Origin: an uncultured candidate division WWE3 bacterium
GTDB taxonomy: Bacteria; Patescibacteriota; WWE3; UBA101185; UBA10185
DNA length: 64,000 nt
Assembly (NCBI GenBank): GCA_963765125.1
Contig: CAVXUZ010000004.1
Span: 128,792-192,791 of the forward strand
Direction of reading: 5' to 3'
Each line of letters begins with the position of its first letter. Within the stretch, counting starts at the first letter, position 1. Below the pieces are notes generated by a model. That model did no database searches. It saw only the letters and a list, made by a program, of their open reading frames with translations, and was not told the origin of the DNA. Of the stretch, positions 16,082 to 26,768 are shown piece after piece. A program made the position numbers and the translations under genes.

Positions 16082-18922
16082 ATGCAAATTAACGAAGAGC
16101 AGAAAAAAGCAATAGAACATAAAAACGGCCCGCTTCTGGTGGTAGCCGGAGCAGGAACTGGCAAAACTCGCGTAATTACAGAGCGTATAAAATGGCTTAT
16201 TGACAATAAAAAAGCCAACCCGCAGGAAATTCTAGCGCTAACCTTTACCGATAAGGCGGCAAATGAGATGTCGGACAGGATTGACGACGTAATGCCTATA
16301 GGCTACGAAGAGCCCTTCGTTAACACATTTCATGCATTTTCAGATAGAATCCTAAAAAAAGAGGGCCTAGAGATAGGCTTAGACCCATCTTATAAGGTTT
16401 TAGCAGGTCCGGAGCAGTGGCTCTTACTTAGAAAACATCTGTTTGATCTAGACATCAAATACTTCAGACCCCTTGGAAATCCAACTAAATTTATTTCGGC
16501 TATTTTAAAACTGGTCTCACGTCTTCAAGATGAGAATATTTCTGTTGGTGATTTTGAAAATTTTGTTGATAACTTTGAGGGTGGCGCGGAAGAAAAAGAT
16601 AGGTGGAGAGAGCTTGGGTATATTTACAAAAGATACCAAGAAATAAAAATTGAGAATTCAAAAATGGACTTTGGGGATTTAATTACTTGGACCATAAAAT
16701 TATTTTCTGAACGTCCAAACATTTTAAAGAAATATCAAACTCAATTTAAACACGTACTCGTGGATGAATTTCAAGATACAAACTATGCGCAGTATCAAAT
16801 GGTAAAAATGATTTGCCCTCAGGAGTTAGGAGAAAGAAGTTTGCTCGCGGTGGGTGACGATTCACAATCAATTTATAAATTTAGGGGTGCAGCAGTTTCT
16901 AACATTCTTGAGTTTATGAAGGATTATCCATCAGCACAAATGATTACCCTCATAAATAATTACAGATCAACACAAAAAATTCTAGATGCGGCATATAAAT
17001 TAATACAAAACAACAATCCAGACAGCCTTGAGTCAAAACTCGGTCTTTCTAAAAAATTAATTTCACAAAAAACAAAAGAGGAAGAAAAAATTAAGCCTGA
17101 AATACTGCAGGTCGCAACAATTGATGATGAGGTTGAATTAGTTATTTCTAAAATTTACGAGGTACTAGCAAAAGAGCCGACTTATACATACAAGGACATC
17201 GCTATTTTAGCCCGTGCTAATAACCATCTTGATGCGTTTGTTATGGCTTTACGAAAACACGGATTACCCTATCAGCTTGTCGGTAATAGAGGCCTTTACG
17301 ATCAAGATGAGATAAGAAACGTTGTTGGTTTACTAAAAATAATTGTTAACCCTAAAGACTCATCGAGTCTATATCGAGTACTTAATATAGAGGTTTTTAA
17401 TATTGATCAAAAATACATTGCGCAAATGCTCTCGCAGGCTAAACACAGAAAAGTAGATTTGTGGGAAGTATTAGAAACAACAAAAATAGTAGAGGTTGAG
17501 AATTTGAAGGATTTAATTTCAACGTATCAAAACGAAATCACTAAAAAATCGCCCGTTGAATTTATATACAGCCTAGTTCACGAGTCGGGCTATCTCAACA
17601 CGTATTTAGAGCACGAGTCTATCGAGAATAATCTAGCTATAAAGAATTTGGATCTCTTTTTAAATATTGTTAAAAGATTTGAAATTGAGTTTAGATCTGA
17701 TACAAAAAATATTCCAACCGTACTTGAGTTTTTAGACTATCTCGAGTTAGTAATCGATGCGGGTGATAATCCAGCCCAAGCCGAAATTGAGGATATAGAC
17801 ACTATCAACTTACTTACTGTCCATTCTGCAAAGGGTTTAGAATTTCCAGTTGTTTTTATGATAAATCTCGTTTCTGGTAGATTTCCCACAAACAACAGAG
17901 GTGATGCTTTGGAGATGCCCGAAGAACTCATTAAAGAGGCTCTACCAACTGGAGACGAACACGTTCAAGAAGAAAGACGACTGTTTTACGTCGGCATGAC
18001 GCGCGCTGAAAAGTATCTGTATCTTACACTGGCAAAAAACTATGGCGGAAAAACAGAAAAAAAGCCAAGCGGCTATTTAACAGAAACAGGTTTAAAAATT
18101 CAAGAAACAGAGGTTAAAGCTGCGCTCAAGAAAACTGAACAAAGAGGCTTATTTGGGGTTGATTCTGCGTTTAGAAATCCTCAATCAATTAAAACCGATT
18201 TTACACCGAGCTTTTTAAGTTACTCTCAAATTGAAACTTACAAAACATGCGCATTAAAGTATAAGTACAGTTACGTTTTAAATGTTCCGACTGCACCGGG
18301 GCACGCTTTAAGTTTTGGTACAACAATTCATGACACACTCAGAGACTTTCACCAGAAAAAATTATTTGGTGATGTTTCATACGATGAGATGCTAAATATG
18401 TACGAAAAAAATTGGCACCCTCTCGGATACCTAGATGAGAAACACCGACAACATAGATTTGAGGACGGAAAAGAATTACTCAAAGAGTATTACGAAAGAC
18501 ATAAAAACGATAAAAAACAACCTGAGGCTTTAGAAAAATCATTTAACTTAAAGGTTGGGGGAATAAAGTTTTTTGGAAGAATAGACCGTATCGACAAATT
18601 AGAAGGCGGCGTAGAAATTATCGACTATAAAACAGGTACTACAAAAACACAAAAAGAGGTAGACGAAGATGACCAGGTCGCGTTTTACGCAATCGCGGCA
18701 AAAGAAGCTCTCGGTATGGTGCCTGAAAAACTTACGTACTATTTTCTAGAGAGCGGTGAGAGAATTTCAACGTTTAGAACAGACGAGCAGCTAAAAGAAA
18801 AAAAGGAAGAGGTTGTAGGAATTATAGAAAAAATCAAAAAAGGAAATTTTGAAGCAAGATCTGGTATGCACTGCAACTGGTGTGATTTTAGAGAATTTTG
18901 TCCTTACGCCTATAAAGGTTAG
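16082..18922 (+). CDS. UvrD/PcrA-family helicase fused to a C-terminal PD-(D/E)XK nuclease
   Basis: AGAGTGKT, DEFQD, TVHSAKGLEF, GRIDRID...IIDYKTG; Cys set C...CNWCDFREFC. Start corrected to MQINEEQ. Confidence 0.9.
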   Translation: MQINEEQKKAIEHKNGPLLVVAGAGTGKTRVITERIKWLIDNKKANPQEILALTFTDKAANEMSDRIDDVMPIGYEEPFVNTFHAFSDRILKKEGLEIGLDPSYKVLAGPEQWLLLRKHLFDLDIKYFRPLGNPTKFISAILKLVSRLQDENISVGDFENFVDNFEGGAEEKDRWRELGYIYKRYQEIKIENSKMDFGDLITWTIKLFSERPNILKKYQTQFKHVLVDEFQDTNYAQYQMVKMICPQELGERSLLAVGDDSQSIYKFRGAAVSNILEFMKDYPSAQMITLINNYRSTQKILDAAYKLIQNNNPDSLESKLGLSKKLISQKTKEEEKIKPEILQVATIDDEVELVISKIYEVLAKEPTYTYKDIAILARANNHLDAFVMALRKHGLPYQLVGNRGLYDQDEIRNVVGLLKIIVNPKDSSSLYRVLNIEVFNIDQKYIAQMLSQAKHRKVDLWEVLETTKIVEVENLKDLISTYQNEITKKSPVEFIYSLVHESGYLNTYLEHESIENNLAIKNLDLFLNIVKRFEIEFRSDTKNIPTVLEFLDYLELVIDAGDNPAQAEIEDIDTINLLTVHSAKGLEFPVVFMINLVSGRFPTNNRGDALEMPEELIKEALPTGDEHVQEERRLFYVGMTRAEKYLYLTLAKNYGGKTEKKPSGYLTETGLKIQETEVKAALKKTEQRGLFGVDSAFRNPQSIKTDFTPSFLSYSQIETYKTCALKYKYSYVLNVPTAPGHALSFGTTIHDTLRDFHQKKLFGDVSYDEMLNMYEKNWHPLGYLDEKHRQHRFEDGKELLKEYYERHKNDKKQPEALEKSFNLKVGGIKFFGRIDRIDKLEGGVEIIDYKTGTTKTQKEVDEDDQVAFYAIAAKEALGMVPEKLTYYFLESGERISTFRTDEQLKEKKEEVVGIIEKIKKGNFEARSGMHCNWCDFREFCPYAYKG

Positions 18923-19822
18923 TTAAAGCGGGACCGGCATTATTTTTGATAAAAAGATAAAAGCAGGATTTAAAAACTTTATATACGGTGGAGGAAATCT
19001 TACGATCTCTCCGCCAAATTTTTCTTTAAAGTGACTAAACCCTCCCCAATTTCTAGTAAATGTTGGAAATCTACTATCATCGACTCCCTCTAGATCCATG
19101 TATTCAAAACCAAGTTTTTTAAAATATAAAATTGATTCCCATAAAAGCGCGTATCCCCATTTACCTTTTCTTGCTTTCGCAGCTGTTCCTCCAGTTATAA
19201 ATGTAATACTTTTTTTATAAGCCAAGAAAAACTTTACACTCATAAGTTCTCCAGCACCGTTTTCAACATAACCAACATGAAAATCATCCCCGTAGATCTT
19301 AGCCTTGTAGAGAACTTCTTTTAAAGGATCGATGTAAAACCTGCCTCTTTTGCTTGTCTCTACAACAAGTTTATAGAAATCAGACGTTTGCTTTTCTGAT
19401 GGTTTTTTCAAAAATTTTACTACGCTGCCCTCGCGAGTCGATCGATTTATTGAGTATTTTCCGCTGTGTGATATTTTATTCCATAACTCTTTTTCAGTTT
19501 CTTTTAGGTTGATGATTGACGTTGAAGGGGGACACAGTGGGTGCTGACTTTGAACAAAACCGTGTTGTTTTAATATAGTTTCATTTTCGGCATCGATTGG
19601 TTCAATTTTTATGAAGAGCGCTTTATATTTTTTACAAATATTTTCAATTTCTTGCAAATCATTTTCTGTGAATTTTTTTGGCCTTTGAATTTTTGTAACA
19701 ACACCCAGCGGTGATTTTAGTAACGCAATCTTAATTCCGGATTTTGTTTCCTCATATTTCCATCCAAGAATTTTTAAGTATTCGAACCACGTCTCTGATT
19801 GTCTATAGCTCTCAAGTTTCAC
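18923..19822 (-). CDS. FemABX-family peptidyl transferase
   Basis: YRQS..W start; GFSHFKEKFGG. Confidence 0.8.
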   Translation of the reverse strand: MKLESYRQSETWFEYLKILGWKYEETKSGIKIALLKSPLGVVTKIQRPKKFTENDLQEIENICKKYKALFIKIEPIDAENETILKQHGFVQSQHPLCPPSTSIINLKETEKELWNKISHSGKYSINRSTREGSVVKFLKKPSEKQTSDFYKLVVETSKRGRFYIDPLKEVLYKAKIYGDDFHVGYVENGAGELMSVKFFLAYKKSITFITGGTAAKARKGKWGYALLWESILYFKKLGFEYMDLEGVDDSRFPTFTRNWGGFSHFKEKFGGEIVRFPPPYIKFLNPAFIFLSKIMPVPL

Positions 19823-20760
19823 TTAATTATGCCTGATTCCAGTAGTTTCCATCTTAAATTATTTATTCTTGTAAATAAAAAGTGCACAACTGGATTTATA
19901 ACAAGATCAAAAGAATCAATATATTTAATATGAGTTCCGCCGAATTTCAACTTAAAATTGGTGAATCCATAATATTCATCTTTTGTGTCTTCGGGATCTT
20001 CTGCGGCACCCCACATATCGAAAAGCCTGCACTCGCGTGTTTTTCCATACCTAATTACTTCCCAACCTAACGCGTTACTTGCAAAAAGGTTCTTTTGGTC
20101 TTTTGTTGAACCTCCGTATGGATAATACAAAATTCCATCGTGAACAAAAACCATCCAGGCTGCTAATACCTCTTCGTCTTTTTTTGCGATTAATATTTCA
20201 CAAAGACCTTCTGGATGCATTACATCCCAAATAGTTTTGTAGTATTCTCTTCCTCTTACAAAATATTTTTGTCTAATTGCTGTTTGTTTAAAAACGATAA
20301 AAAAATCTTCAAAGTCTTGATCATTCTCAGCTAACTCAACGACGACTCCGTTTTTTAATGCGTATCTAGTATTGTATCTGTGCTTTGAGTGCATTCCTTC
20401 AAATAATTCTCTTTCGGTCTTTGTTAGATCAATCAATACATTTGCTTTTGCAAATTCTGATCGTACTGCTTTTGTACATTTGCTTTTAAATATTTCTAAT
20501 GCTTTTTGTTCTTCCTTCGATCCTTTTATAATATTAGGCACGTCAAATGTTAAACCAACGCAGTTATTTTTTTTGAGGGATTTTATAAGCTCTTCGAAAT
20601 TTATATTCTCAGGATTTACTCTCGGACAATAAGCAAAGTATTTTTTAAGTAAAGGAATTTTATGAAGAGTGTAAATAACCCCACCTGCTTCAACTGCCTT
20701 TGTACCATATTTATTTTTAACTTCTGCCCAAACACCTGTTTGAACGATATGTCGCTGCAT
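19819..20760 (-). CDS. FemABX-family (lipid II:aminoacyl transferase)
   Basis: HIVQT..W, YYPYGGS, FDMWGA, GFTNFKLKFGG. Confidence 0.88.
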   Translation of the reverse strand: MQRHIVQTGVWAEVKNKYGTKAVEAGGVIYTLHKIPLLKKYFAYCPRVNPENINFEELIKSLKKNNCVGLTFDVPNIIKGSKEEQKALEIFKSKCTKAVRSEFAKANVLIDLTKTERELFEGMHSKHRYNTRYALKNGVVVELAENDQDFEDFFIVFKQTAIRQKYFVRGREYYKTIWDVMHPEGLCEILIAKKDEEVLAAWMVFVHDGILYYPYGGSTKDQKNLFASNALGWEVIRYGKTRECRLFDMWGAAEDPEDTKDEYYGFTNFKLKFGGTHIKYIDSFDLVINPVVHFLFTRINNLRWKLLESGIIK

Positions 20761-20851
20761 GCGTGTAGTATAAGCTTTTTTAAGCGGAGCGACAAGATAA
20801 ACAATGCTTCTTTACTAAATATGCGAAAATGTGGTAGTTTCTTACTTAAAT

Positions 20852-21613
20852 ATGAACACAAAAGAAATTATTATAAGCACTGTTGCATTAATGCTACTTC
20901 TCTCCGGACTATTCTTTTTAATGAGTCGGGGTACAAAAAATAGCGAACCCACGCCCTCGGTTGAAGGTTCTAGCATAAAAACTACAGAAGAACTGGAATT
21001 AGACCAGTCTTTAGGACTTGAAGGAAATGAAGACGGCTTTGAAAAAAGGAGCGAGAATGATAAATTGAAACAACAAAAGCAGAAAGAAGAAACAACTATG
21101 AATAACCAACCTAAAAAAACATCTCCTGAAATGCAACTCAAAGAGGACGTAGACTACAAAGCAGTAATGAAAACCTCTATGGGTACTATGGAAATCGATC
21201 TTTATGAAAAACTAAGTCCAATTACCGTAAATAATTTTGTAGTTCTTTCAAAAAGCGGGTTTTACAACGGATTAATATTCCACAGGGTAATGGATGATTT
21301 TATGATTCAAGGCGGAGACCCAAACGGCAATGGAACCGGTAACCCCGGATATAGCTTTCGTGACGAGTTTAACAACAAAAAGCTCGTAAAGGGTTCTCTT
21401 GCTATGGCAAATTCTGGCCCAAATACAAATGGAAGCCAATTTTTTATTGTTACAAAAGATTCAACCCCATGGTTAGATAATGTACACACAAACTTTGGTG
21501 AAGTCACAAAAGGTATCGAAGTCGCAGAAGAAATTCAAAAAGTAAAAGTAGATGGTATGAGTAAACCTCTGGAACCTGTCGTAATCGAGAGTATAGAAAT
21601 TATCGAGAATTAA
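20852..21613 (+). CDS. Membrane-anchored cyclophilin-type peptidyl-prolyl isomerase
   Basis: FHRVMDDFMIQGGDP, AMANSGPNTNGSQFFI. Confidence 0.95.
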   Translation: MNTKEIIISTVALMLLLSGLFFLMSRGTKNSEPTPSVEGSSIKTTEELELDQSLGLEGNEDGFEKRSENDKLKQQKQKEETTMNNQPKKTSPEMQLKEDVDYKAVMKTSMGTMEIDLYEKLSPITVNNFVVLSKSGFYNGLIFHRVMDDFMIQGGDPNGNGTGNPGYSFRDEFNNKKLVKGSLAMANSGPNTNGSQFFIVTKDSTPWLDNVHTNFGEVTKGIEVAEEIQKVKVDGMSKPLEPVVIESIEIIEN

Positions 21614-22358
21614 AAAAGTTACACCACTGTTCTATCTCTATGTGCTGCGGCCTCATTGTGGGGTCAATGTTGTTTTCTTCTAACACTTCTTGTTTGTAAG
21701 CTTTGTTTAACATCTTTCTTGGTTGTGAAAACGCATGATGTAAAAACCCTTCGTACTCTCTAATCCTTAAATATGAGACCTTTGGATTTTCAATTAAACG
21801 CATTATTAAAACAGCGCTATCTACGTTTGGCGACGGATTGAAATTACCTCTATCAACTACTTGCAATATTTCTGTTTCGTAGAATGTATTTATAAAAGTT
21901 GAAAGGTAAGAAGCCTCTGGTGCCTTTGCAGAAATTTTTTGAGCTACCTCTTTCTGCACAATTAAAACTGCTTTTTTTATCTTGTCCTCTTTTCTAACAA
22001 TTTCATGAATTATTGGTGATGTAATATAGTACGGTATCGCGCCAAGTATTTTAAAATTCTCTTTCGGGTTAAACTCTGGCAACCATCTAAGAATGTTGGA
22101 GTTAAATATTGTTGTATTAGTTTTTTGATTAAATCTATCTCGCAAACTTTTAAAAAGTGTAGGATCGATTTCTACTGCAATTACACTCGCGCCTCTAGAG
22201 GTAGCTTTATCTACCAGTGGAATTGTCAGCGCACCGCGACCAGGACCAATTTCAACAATTAGATCCCCCTGTATAATCTCTAATGATTCAATCATCGTGT
22301 TGATAATTTTGGTGTTAGTTAAATAATTTTGACCTAAACTTTTTTTTGCGTAAACCAT
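21600..22358 (-). CDS. rsmA: 16S rRNA m6,2A dimethyltransferase
   Basis: KKSLGQNYL, EIGPGRG, IPYYITSP. Confidence 0.95.
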   Translation of the reverse strand: MVYAKKSLGQNYLTNTKIINTMIESLEIIQGDLIVEIGPGRGALTIPLVDKATSRGASVIAVEIDPTLFKSLRDRFNQKTNTTIFNSNILRWLPEFNPKENFKILGAIPYYITSPIIHEIVRKEDKIKKAVLIVQKEVAQKISAKAPEASYLSTFINTFYETEILQVVDRGNFNPSPNVDSAVLIMRLIENPKVSYLRIREYEGFLHHAFSQPRKMLNKAYKQEVLEENNIDPTMRPQHIEIEQWCNFFNSR

Positions 22359-22367
22359 AATACTATT

Positions 22368-23156
22368 CTAATCTGTCGGAGCATTATCCATCAGATAAAT
22401 ATCTACGTACTCTGCACCCCAGGCGGCTGTCTTTGCGTCTCTAAAAGCTAAATCAATTCGGTTACCTTTTATTAAACCGCCAACATCTAACGCCTGACAT
22501 TTTCCGTACCCGGGTACATAAAAGTGAGTGTACAACGGAATGGTCTTTGGGTCTGTAGCGCATACGCCTTCCTGCACTGGTGCACCTAGCGCAGTCGTGT
22601 TGTTACAGCCTAAACACGTCGAATCGTATTTAGTAGCAAATACTCTCACTTTTGCCCAATACTTTATTTCTCCTATGTCTGGTGTGTCAAATTCATGCCA
22701 ACTAATTTTCTTTCCAACTGATACTATTTCTGTCTTTGGTTCTTTAACTTCTGTTTTTAGTAGCACTCTGTCTATCTCTTCGTCTAGCCAATGGGTTACA
22801 AGGTATGTTGTAATCTTCTCTCCGTTTTTACCGGCTTGTTGAACTTCCTCTTTTCCGTATTCTAAATCCTCATCGTCAATTCGCTCTGTCTCATATTCAA
22901 TAGGTATACTATCAACAACTTCTTTTTGCGCGAATGCTGTTTGTGTACTTATCTGGGTTGGTGATGGTGTACCTATAAACCTGTACTCTTGATCTAAATT
23001 TTCTCCTAACGAAATTGTAAGGCTCTCTTCGTTGCGAAGCTCATTTAGTAGTGACGTTTGATCACCAAGCACACTTTTATCTTTTTCATTTAATAACCCT
23101 TTGTTAAAAAAGAAAACTGCATAAATTATTTGTACTAAAATTAATAGTCTATACAT
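22368..23156 (-). CDS. G5 plus 3D-domain cell-wall protein (YabE-like)
   Basis: G5 (QAGKNGEK); 3D (ATDPKTIPL...ALDVGGLIKGNRIDL). Confidence 0.85.
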   Translation of the reverse strand: MYRLLILVQIIYAVFFFNKGLLNEKDKSVLGDQTSLLNELRNEESLTISLGENLDQEYRFIGTPSPTQISTQTAFAQKEVVDSIPIEYETERIDDEDLEYGKEEVQQAGKNGEKITTYLVTHWLDEEIDRVLLKTEVKEPKTEIVSVGKKISWHEFDTPDIGEIKYWAKVRVFATKYDSTCLGCNNTTALGAPVQEGVCATDPKTIPLYTHFYVPGYGKCQALDVGGLIKGNRIDLAFRDAKTAAWGAEYVDIYLMDNAPTD

Positions 23157-23157
23157 A

Positions 23158-25107
23158 CTATTCCCAATTAAAATTTTGCCTGTGCATTTCTAAATCATCA
23201 AAATAATCATCGATATTACTGCCTGACCTTTTTTCGTACTCTGGTTCTTTTTGACCTACTCGACTGATAAGGCTCTCCGGTATCTCTAACAAAAACCTGC
23301 TCGGAAGGTTGCTCTGACGCGAACCAAAATATAGTCTACTCTGTGTTCTTGTTAAATATACTTGTGTTTTTGCTCTGGTGATTGCAACGTAACAAAGGCG
23401 TCTTTCTTCTTCAATTTGTTCTTTTTCCATTATTGAGTTCATGTGCGGAAAAAGTCCTTCTTCCATTCCTACGATAAATACAATCGGAAACTCCAAACCT
23501 TTCGATGCGTGAACAGTCATAAGCGTAACTGAATCATACTGATCTGGGTTTGCTCTATTTGAACTTTCTATTAATGCAACGTTTTCTAAAAATTCTTCTA
23601 GATTTACAAACTGCTGAGCAACGGTTCTCAACTCTTTTATGTTTTCTACTCTAGACTTGCCTTCGTCTGTGCCATCGTCTAACCACTGTAAATATTTTGT
23701 ATCGTCTAAAATTACATCCATTAGTTCGAGAGTTGATAAAACCTCCCGATCACCAAACCATCTATCAATTTGTAATTTTGTTTTTTCCTTGATCTCTTCT
23801 ATATCCCACCCATTACGAGAAATGATTTCAATACTTTTTTGGCCAATTTTTCTCGGCGGTACATTTATAATTCTTTCCCATGAAGACGCGTCTTTTGGAT
23901 TATGCACCACACGAAGATAGGCAATTATATCTTTTACTTCTTTTCGCGAATAAAATCTTAAACCGCCTACGATTTTATAAGGAATGTTGTTTTTTATTAA
24001 GTGCTCCTCAAGATTTCGTGACTGTGCGTTTGTTCTATATAAGACCGCTATATCGCTATAAGTGTTCTTCTCGTTGTGCATTTTTACAATGTTTTCGGCG
24101 ACAAACAAACTCTCGTCCAAGTCTGTTGCACCAAGATAACTTATAATTTTTTCTCCTTCTCCGTTCTCGGTCCATAAATCTAAATTTATATGTGAAGTAT
24201 TATTTTTAATTACATTTTTTGCAGCGTCTAAAATATTTTGTGTCGAACGATAGTTTTTCTCTAAATTGTAAATTGCTGCTTCTGGATAATCTTTTTCGAA
24301 ATTTAAAATGTTTCTGTAGTCCGCACCTCTAAAGCTGTATATTGCCTGACTCATATCACCAACAACATAAAGATTTTTATTTTTTTCCGCTAGTAGTTTT
24401 GTCAGAATATACTGAGCGTGGTTAGTATCTTGATATTCATCAACAAGAATATATTCAAACATCGTTTGATACTTTTCTAGAACACCTGGTTCTTTTTTAA
24501 ATAGTTTAACTACTGAAAATAAAAGGTCGTCAAAATCAAGCGCATTACTTTCTCTCAATCTTTTGTCGTATTCGTAATAAATTTTGGCGGCGCTTCTTTG
24601 AAAATATCCCTGTGCAAACTTCTCGTATGTTTCTGGGTTAACCAACTCCGACTTTGCACTTGAAATCATTCCTAAAATTGCTGCCGCTTTTACTTGTTTG
24701 CTGTCCATTCCAAAATCTTTAATTACTTTTTTTACTAAAGAGATTGAATCATCTCGATCGTAGATTACATAAGAAAACGGAATTCCTAAATGAAAACCGT
24801 CTTTTCTTAATATTCTTGAACATATCGAGTGAAATGTACCACTCCACGAGAGCTTGTTTGTTTTGCCTAACAGTCTGGCTATTCTCTCTTGAATCTCGCC
24901 CGCAGCTTTATTTGTAAACGTAACACACAATATTTTTGTTTGTTCTACACCATGCTCGTTAATTAGATAAGCAATTCTATGTGTTAAAACTCTGGTTTTT
25001 CCACTCCCCGGACCCGCTACAACAAGCGCTGGACCAGCAAAATGTTTAACCGCCTCTATTTGTTGGGGGTTTAAATTATGGAGTATGTTTGGGTTTTTAT
25101 CGGTCAC
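23158..25107 (-). CDS. pcrA: ATP-dependent DNA helicase PcrA/UvrD
   Basis: AGPGSGKT, DEYQDTN, EEERRLCYVAITRA. Confidence 0.93.
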   Translation of the reverse strand: MTDKNPNILHNLNPQQIEAVKHFAGPALVVAGPGSGKTRVLTHRIAYLINEHGVEQTKILCVTFTNKAAGEIQERIARLLGKTNKLSWSGTFHSICSRILRKDGFHLGIPFSYVIYDRDDSISLVKKVIKDFGMDSKQVKAAAILGMISSAKSELVNPETYEKFAQGYFQRSAAKIYYEYDKRLRESNALDFDDLLFSVVKLFKKEPGVLEKYQTMFEYILVDEYQDTNHAQYILTKLLAEKNKNLYVVGDMSQAIYSFRGADYRNILNFEKDYPEAAIYNLEKNYRSTQNILDAAKNVIKNNTSHINLDLWTENGEGEKIISYLGATDLDESLFVAENIVKMHNEKNTYSDIAVLYRTNAQSRNLEEHLIKNNIPYKIVGGLRFYSRKEVKDIIAYLRVVHNPKDASSWERIINVPPRKIGQKSIEIISRNGWDIEEIKEKTKLQIDRWFGDREVLSTLELMDVILDDTKYLQWLDDGTDEGKSRVENIKELRTVAQQFVNLEEFLENVALIESSNRANPDQYDSVTLMTVHASKGLEFPIVFIVGMEEGLFPHMNSIMEKEQIEEERRLCYVAITRAKTQVYLTRTQSRLYFGSRQSNLPSRFLLEIPESLISRVGQKEPEYEKRSGSNIDDYFDDLEMHRQNFNWE

Positions 25108-25141
25108 AGTGAAATTGTAGCACGATGTTTATTACACGTTG

Positions 25142-26020
25142 TTACTTACCAATAACGCCTGCGGCCGACTTTAAACAGGCTTTAAGATCATCGGTTAGAG
25201 TCCATCCGCATTCACCAGAAGGTTGTTTTTCACAAACTGCGCCCTCATAACACGCGAAAACATCAGAGTACTCACAGGTTGTTGTAACTTCTTCGTCTGA
25301 ACAAATCTGGCCACTACAACCAGTCTTTCTACATTCTTTTTTGGCAACGTTTTCGGTGTAAGCAAAGCTGTTAACCATTTCGTTAAAAACCTCGTCGTAA
25401 ACAGTTTTTAGTTCTTGGGTTAAAGATTCTTCTGGTGCTAAATCTAATCTAAAATTAAATGCGTATTCGCCAGAGAAATTATAAATGTTAGTTTCAGAGA
25501 GAAATGCCTCTTTTTGTAAAGCTGCAGAATCACCAAACAAATTTAGCGACTTTACATCTTCAATCGCACCAACTAGTGTCATTGCTGCACCCTCTCGCAG
25601 TTTCTTGACCATTTCCTCCTGTGCTACCACATTAACAATCACGCCTCTTTGTGGAGCACCCTCTTCTTCTTTATTGAAAAAGAATATTGTTCTCAGTTTA
25701 TTTTCTTGATTATCCTCAACTCGGTATTCCCAAGCTTGCGGGTATTTAATTGTAAAAGAGTACTCAGCGTCTGAGTATGTATTCCAAACATCCCTCTCCT
25801 CCTCAGTAACATAGCCCTCATTAAGTTTTTGTTCTATTACGGGCTGTGTAAGAAGATTGAATTGGTTGCTTAGTAAATAACTAACGTAAACACCGAGTGC
25901 AACTACTGTGCAAAGTCCTAGAAACACAATGTTTATTGTTCTTCGCCTTACAGCCTGCGCTGAATCCGGCGCTGCTACTGGCTCTTTGACCTGTGGTTGC
26001 TGAGGTTGTTCTTGTTCCAT
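25142..26020 (-). CDS. Membrane-anchored PsbP-like protein with C-terminal eight-cysteine domain
   Basis: YSFTIKYPQAW; CRKTGCSGQIC...C...C...C...CGW...C. Confidence 0.65.
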   Translation of the reverse strand: MEQEQPQQPQVKEPVAAPDSAQAVRRRTINIVFLGLCTVVALGVYVSYLLSNQFNLLTQPVIEQKLNEGYVTEEERDVWNTYSDAEYSFTIKYPQAWEYRVEDNQENKLRTIFFFNKEEEGAPQRGVIVNVVAQEEMVKKLREGAAMTLVGAIEDVKSLNLFGDSAALQKEAFLSETNIYNFSGEYAFNFRLDLAPEESLTQELKTVYDEVFNEMVNSFAYTENVAKKECRKTGCSGQICSDEEVTTTCEYSDVFACYEGAVCEKQPSGECGWTLTDDLKACLKSAAGVIGK

Positions 26021-26076
26021 ACATTAAGTATAGCAAAGTTGACACCCTAGATATTGAGCCATATGATACAGATAGG

Positions 26077-26412
26077 ATGAAACTAATTGTTAGATTGTTA
26101 ATAAATACACTTTCGGTTTTTATTGCTGCAAACCTTGTTCCCGGAGTTCATGTCCCTGACTTCATTACGGCTTTTATAGTTGCGGTCGTGCTTGGTGTAC
26201 TAAACGCGTTTTTAAAACCAATTCTTGTTTTGCTTACCTTACCAATCAATATTCTTACATTAGGCCTATTTACGTTTGTTATAAACGTAGGTCTTCTTTT
26301 ACTTACAGCACAACTTGTTGCTGGTTTTTCGATTGATGGTGTTATCTCAGCAATATTATTTGGTTTGGTGATGTCCATCGTCAACTACTTCTTAAGCATC
26401 TTCTCTAAATAA
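26077..26412 (+). CDS. YvlD-like 4-TM membrane protein (Phage_holin_4_2 family)
   Basis: LKPILVLLTLPINILTLGLFTFVIN. Confidence 0.85.
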   Translation: MKLIVRLLINTLSVFIAANLVPGVHVPDFITAFIVAVVLGVLNAFLKPILVLLTLPINILTLGLFTFVINVGLLLLTAQLVAGFSIDGVISAILFGLVMSIVNYFLSIFSK

Positions 26413-26483
26413 ATAAGTTAGTTAGTGAATTTTGAATCGTATGCTAAAATACTCTTCGTAGCAAGTTGTCGAAAGACCATATT

Positions 26484-26750
26484 ATGATTACATTATTAGA
26501 TTTTTATGCCGATTGGTGTGGCCCATGTAAAATTATGGAGCCAATCTTCAATGAACTTAAAAAAGAATATGAAGGCAGGGTTGAGTTTAAATCAGTCAAC
26601 GTTGAGGAAGAAAACGCCATGGCGATGCAGTTTGGCGTTAGAAGCATCCCAACCTTTGTAATTCTAAAAAATGAACAAGAAGTAGATAGAAAACTTGGTG
26701 CGATGCCAAAAGAAGTATTAACAAGTTGGTTAGATTCAAATCTTAAGTAA
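26484..26750 (+). CDS. trxA: Thioredoxin
   Basis: DFYADWCGPCK. Confidence 0.93.
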   Translation: MITLLDFYADWCGPCKIMEPIFNELKKEYEGRVEFKSVNVEEENAMAMQFGVRSIPTFVILKNEQEVDRKLGAMPKEVLTSWLDSNLK

Positions 26751-26768
26751 TTAAGATAAAATATAAAT

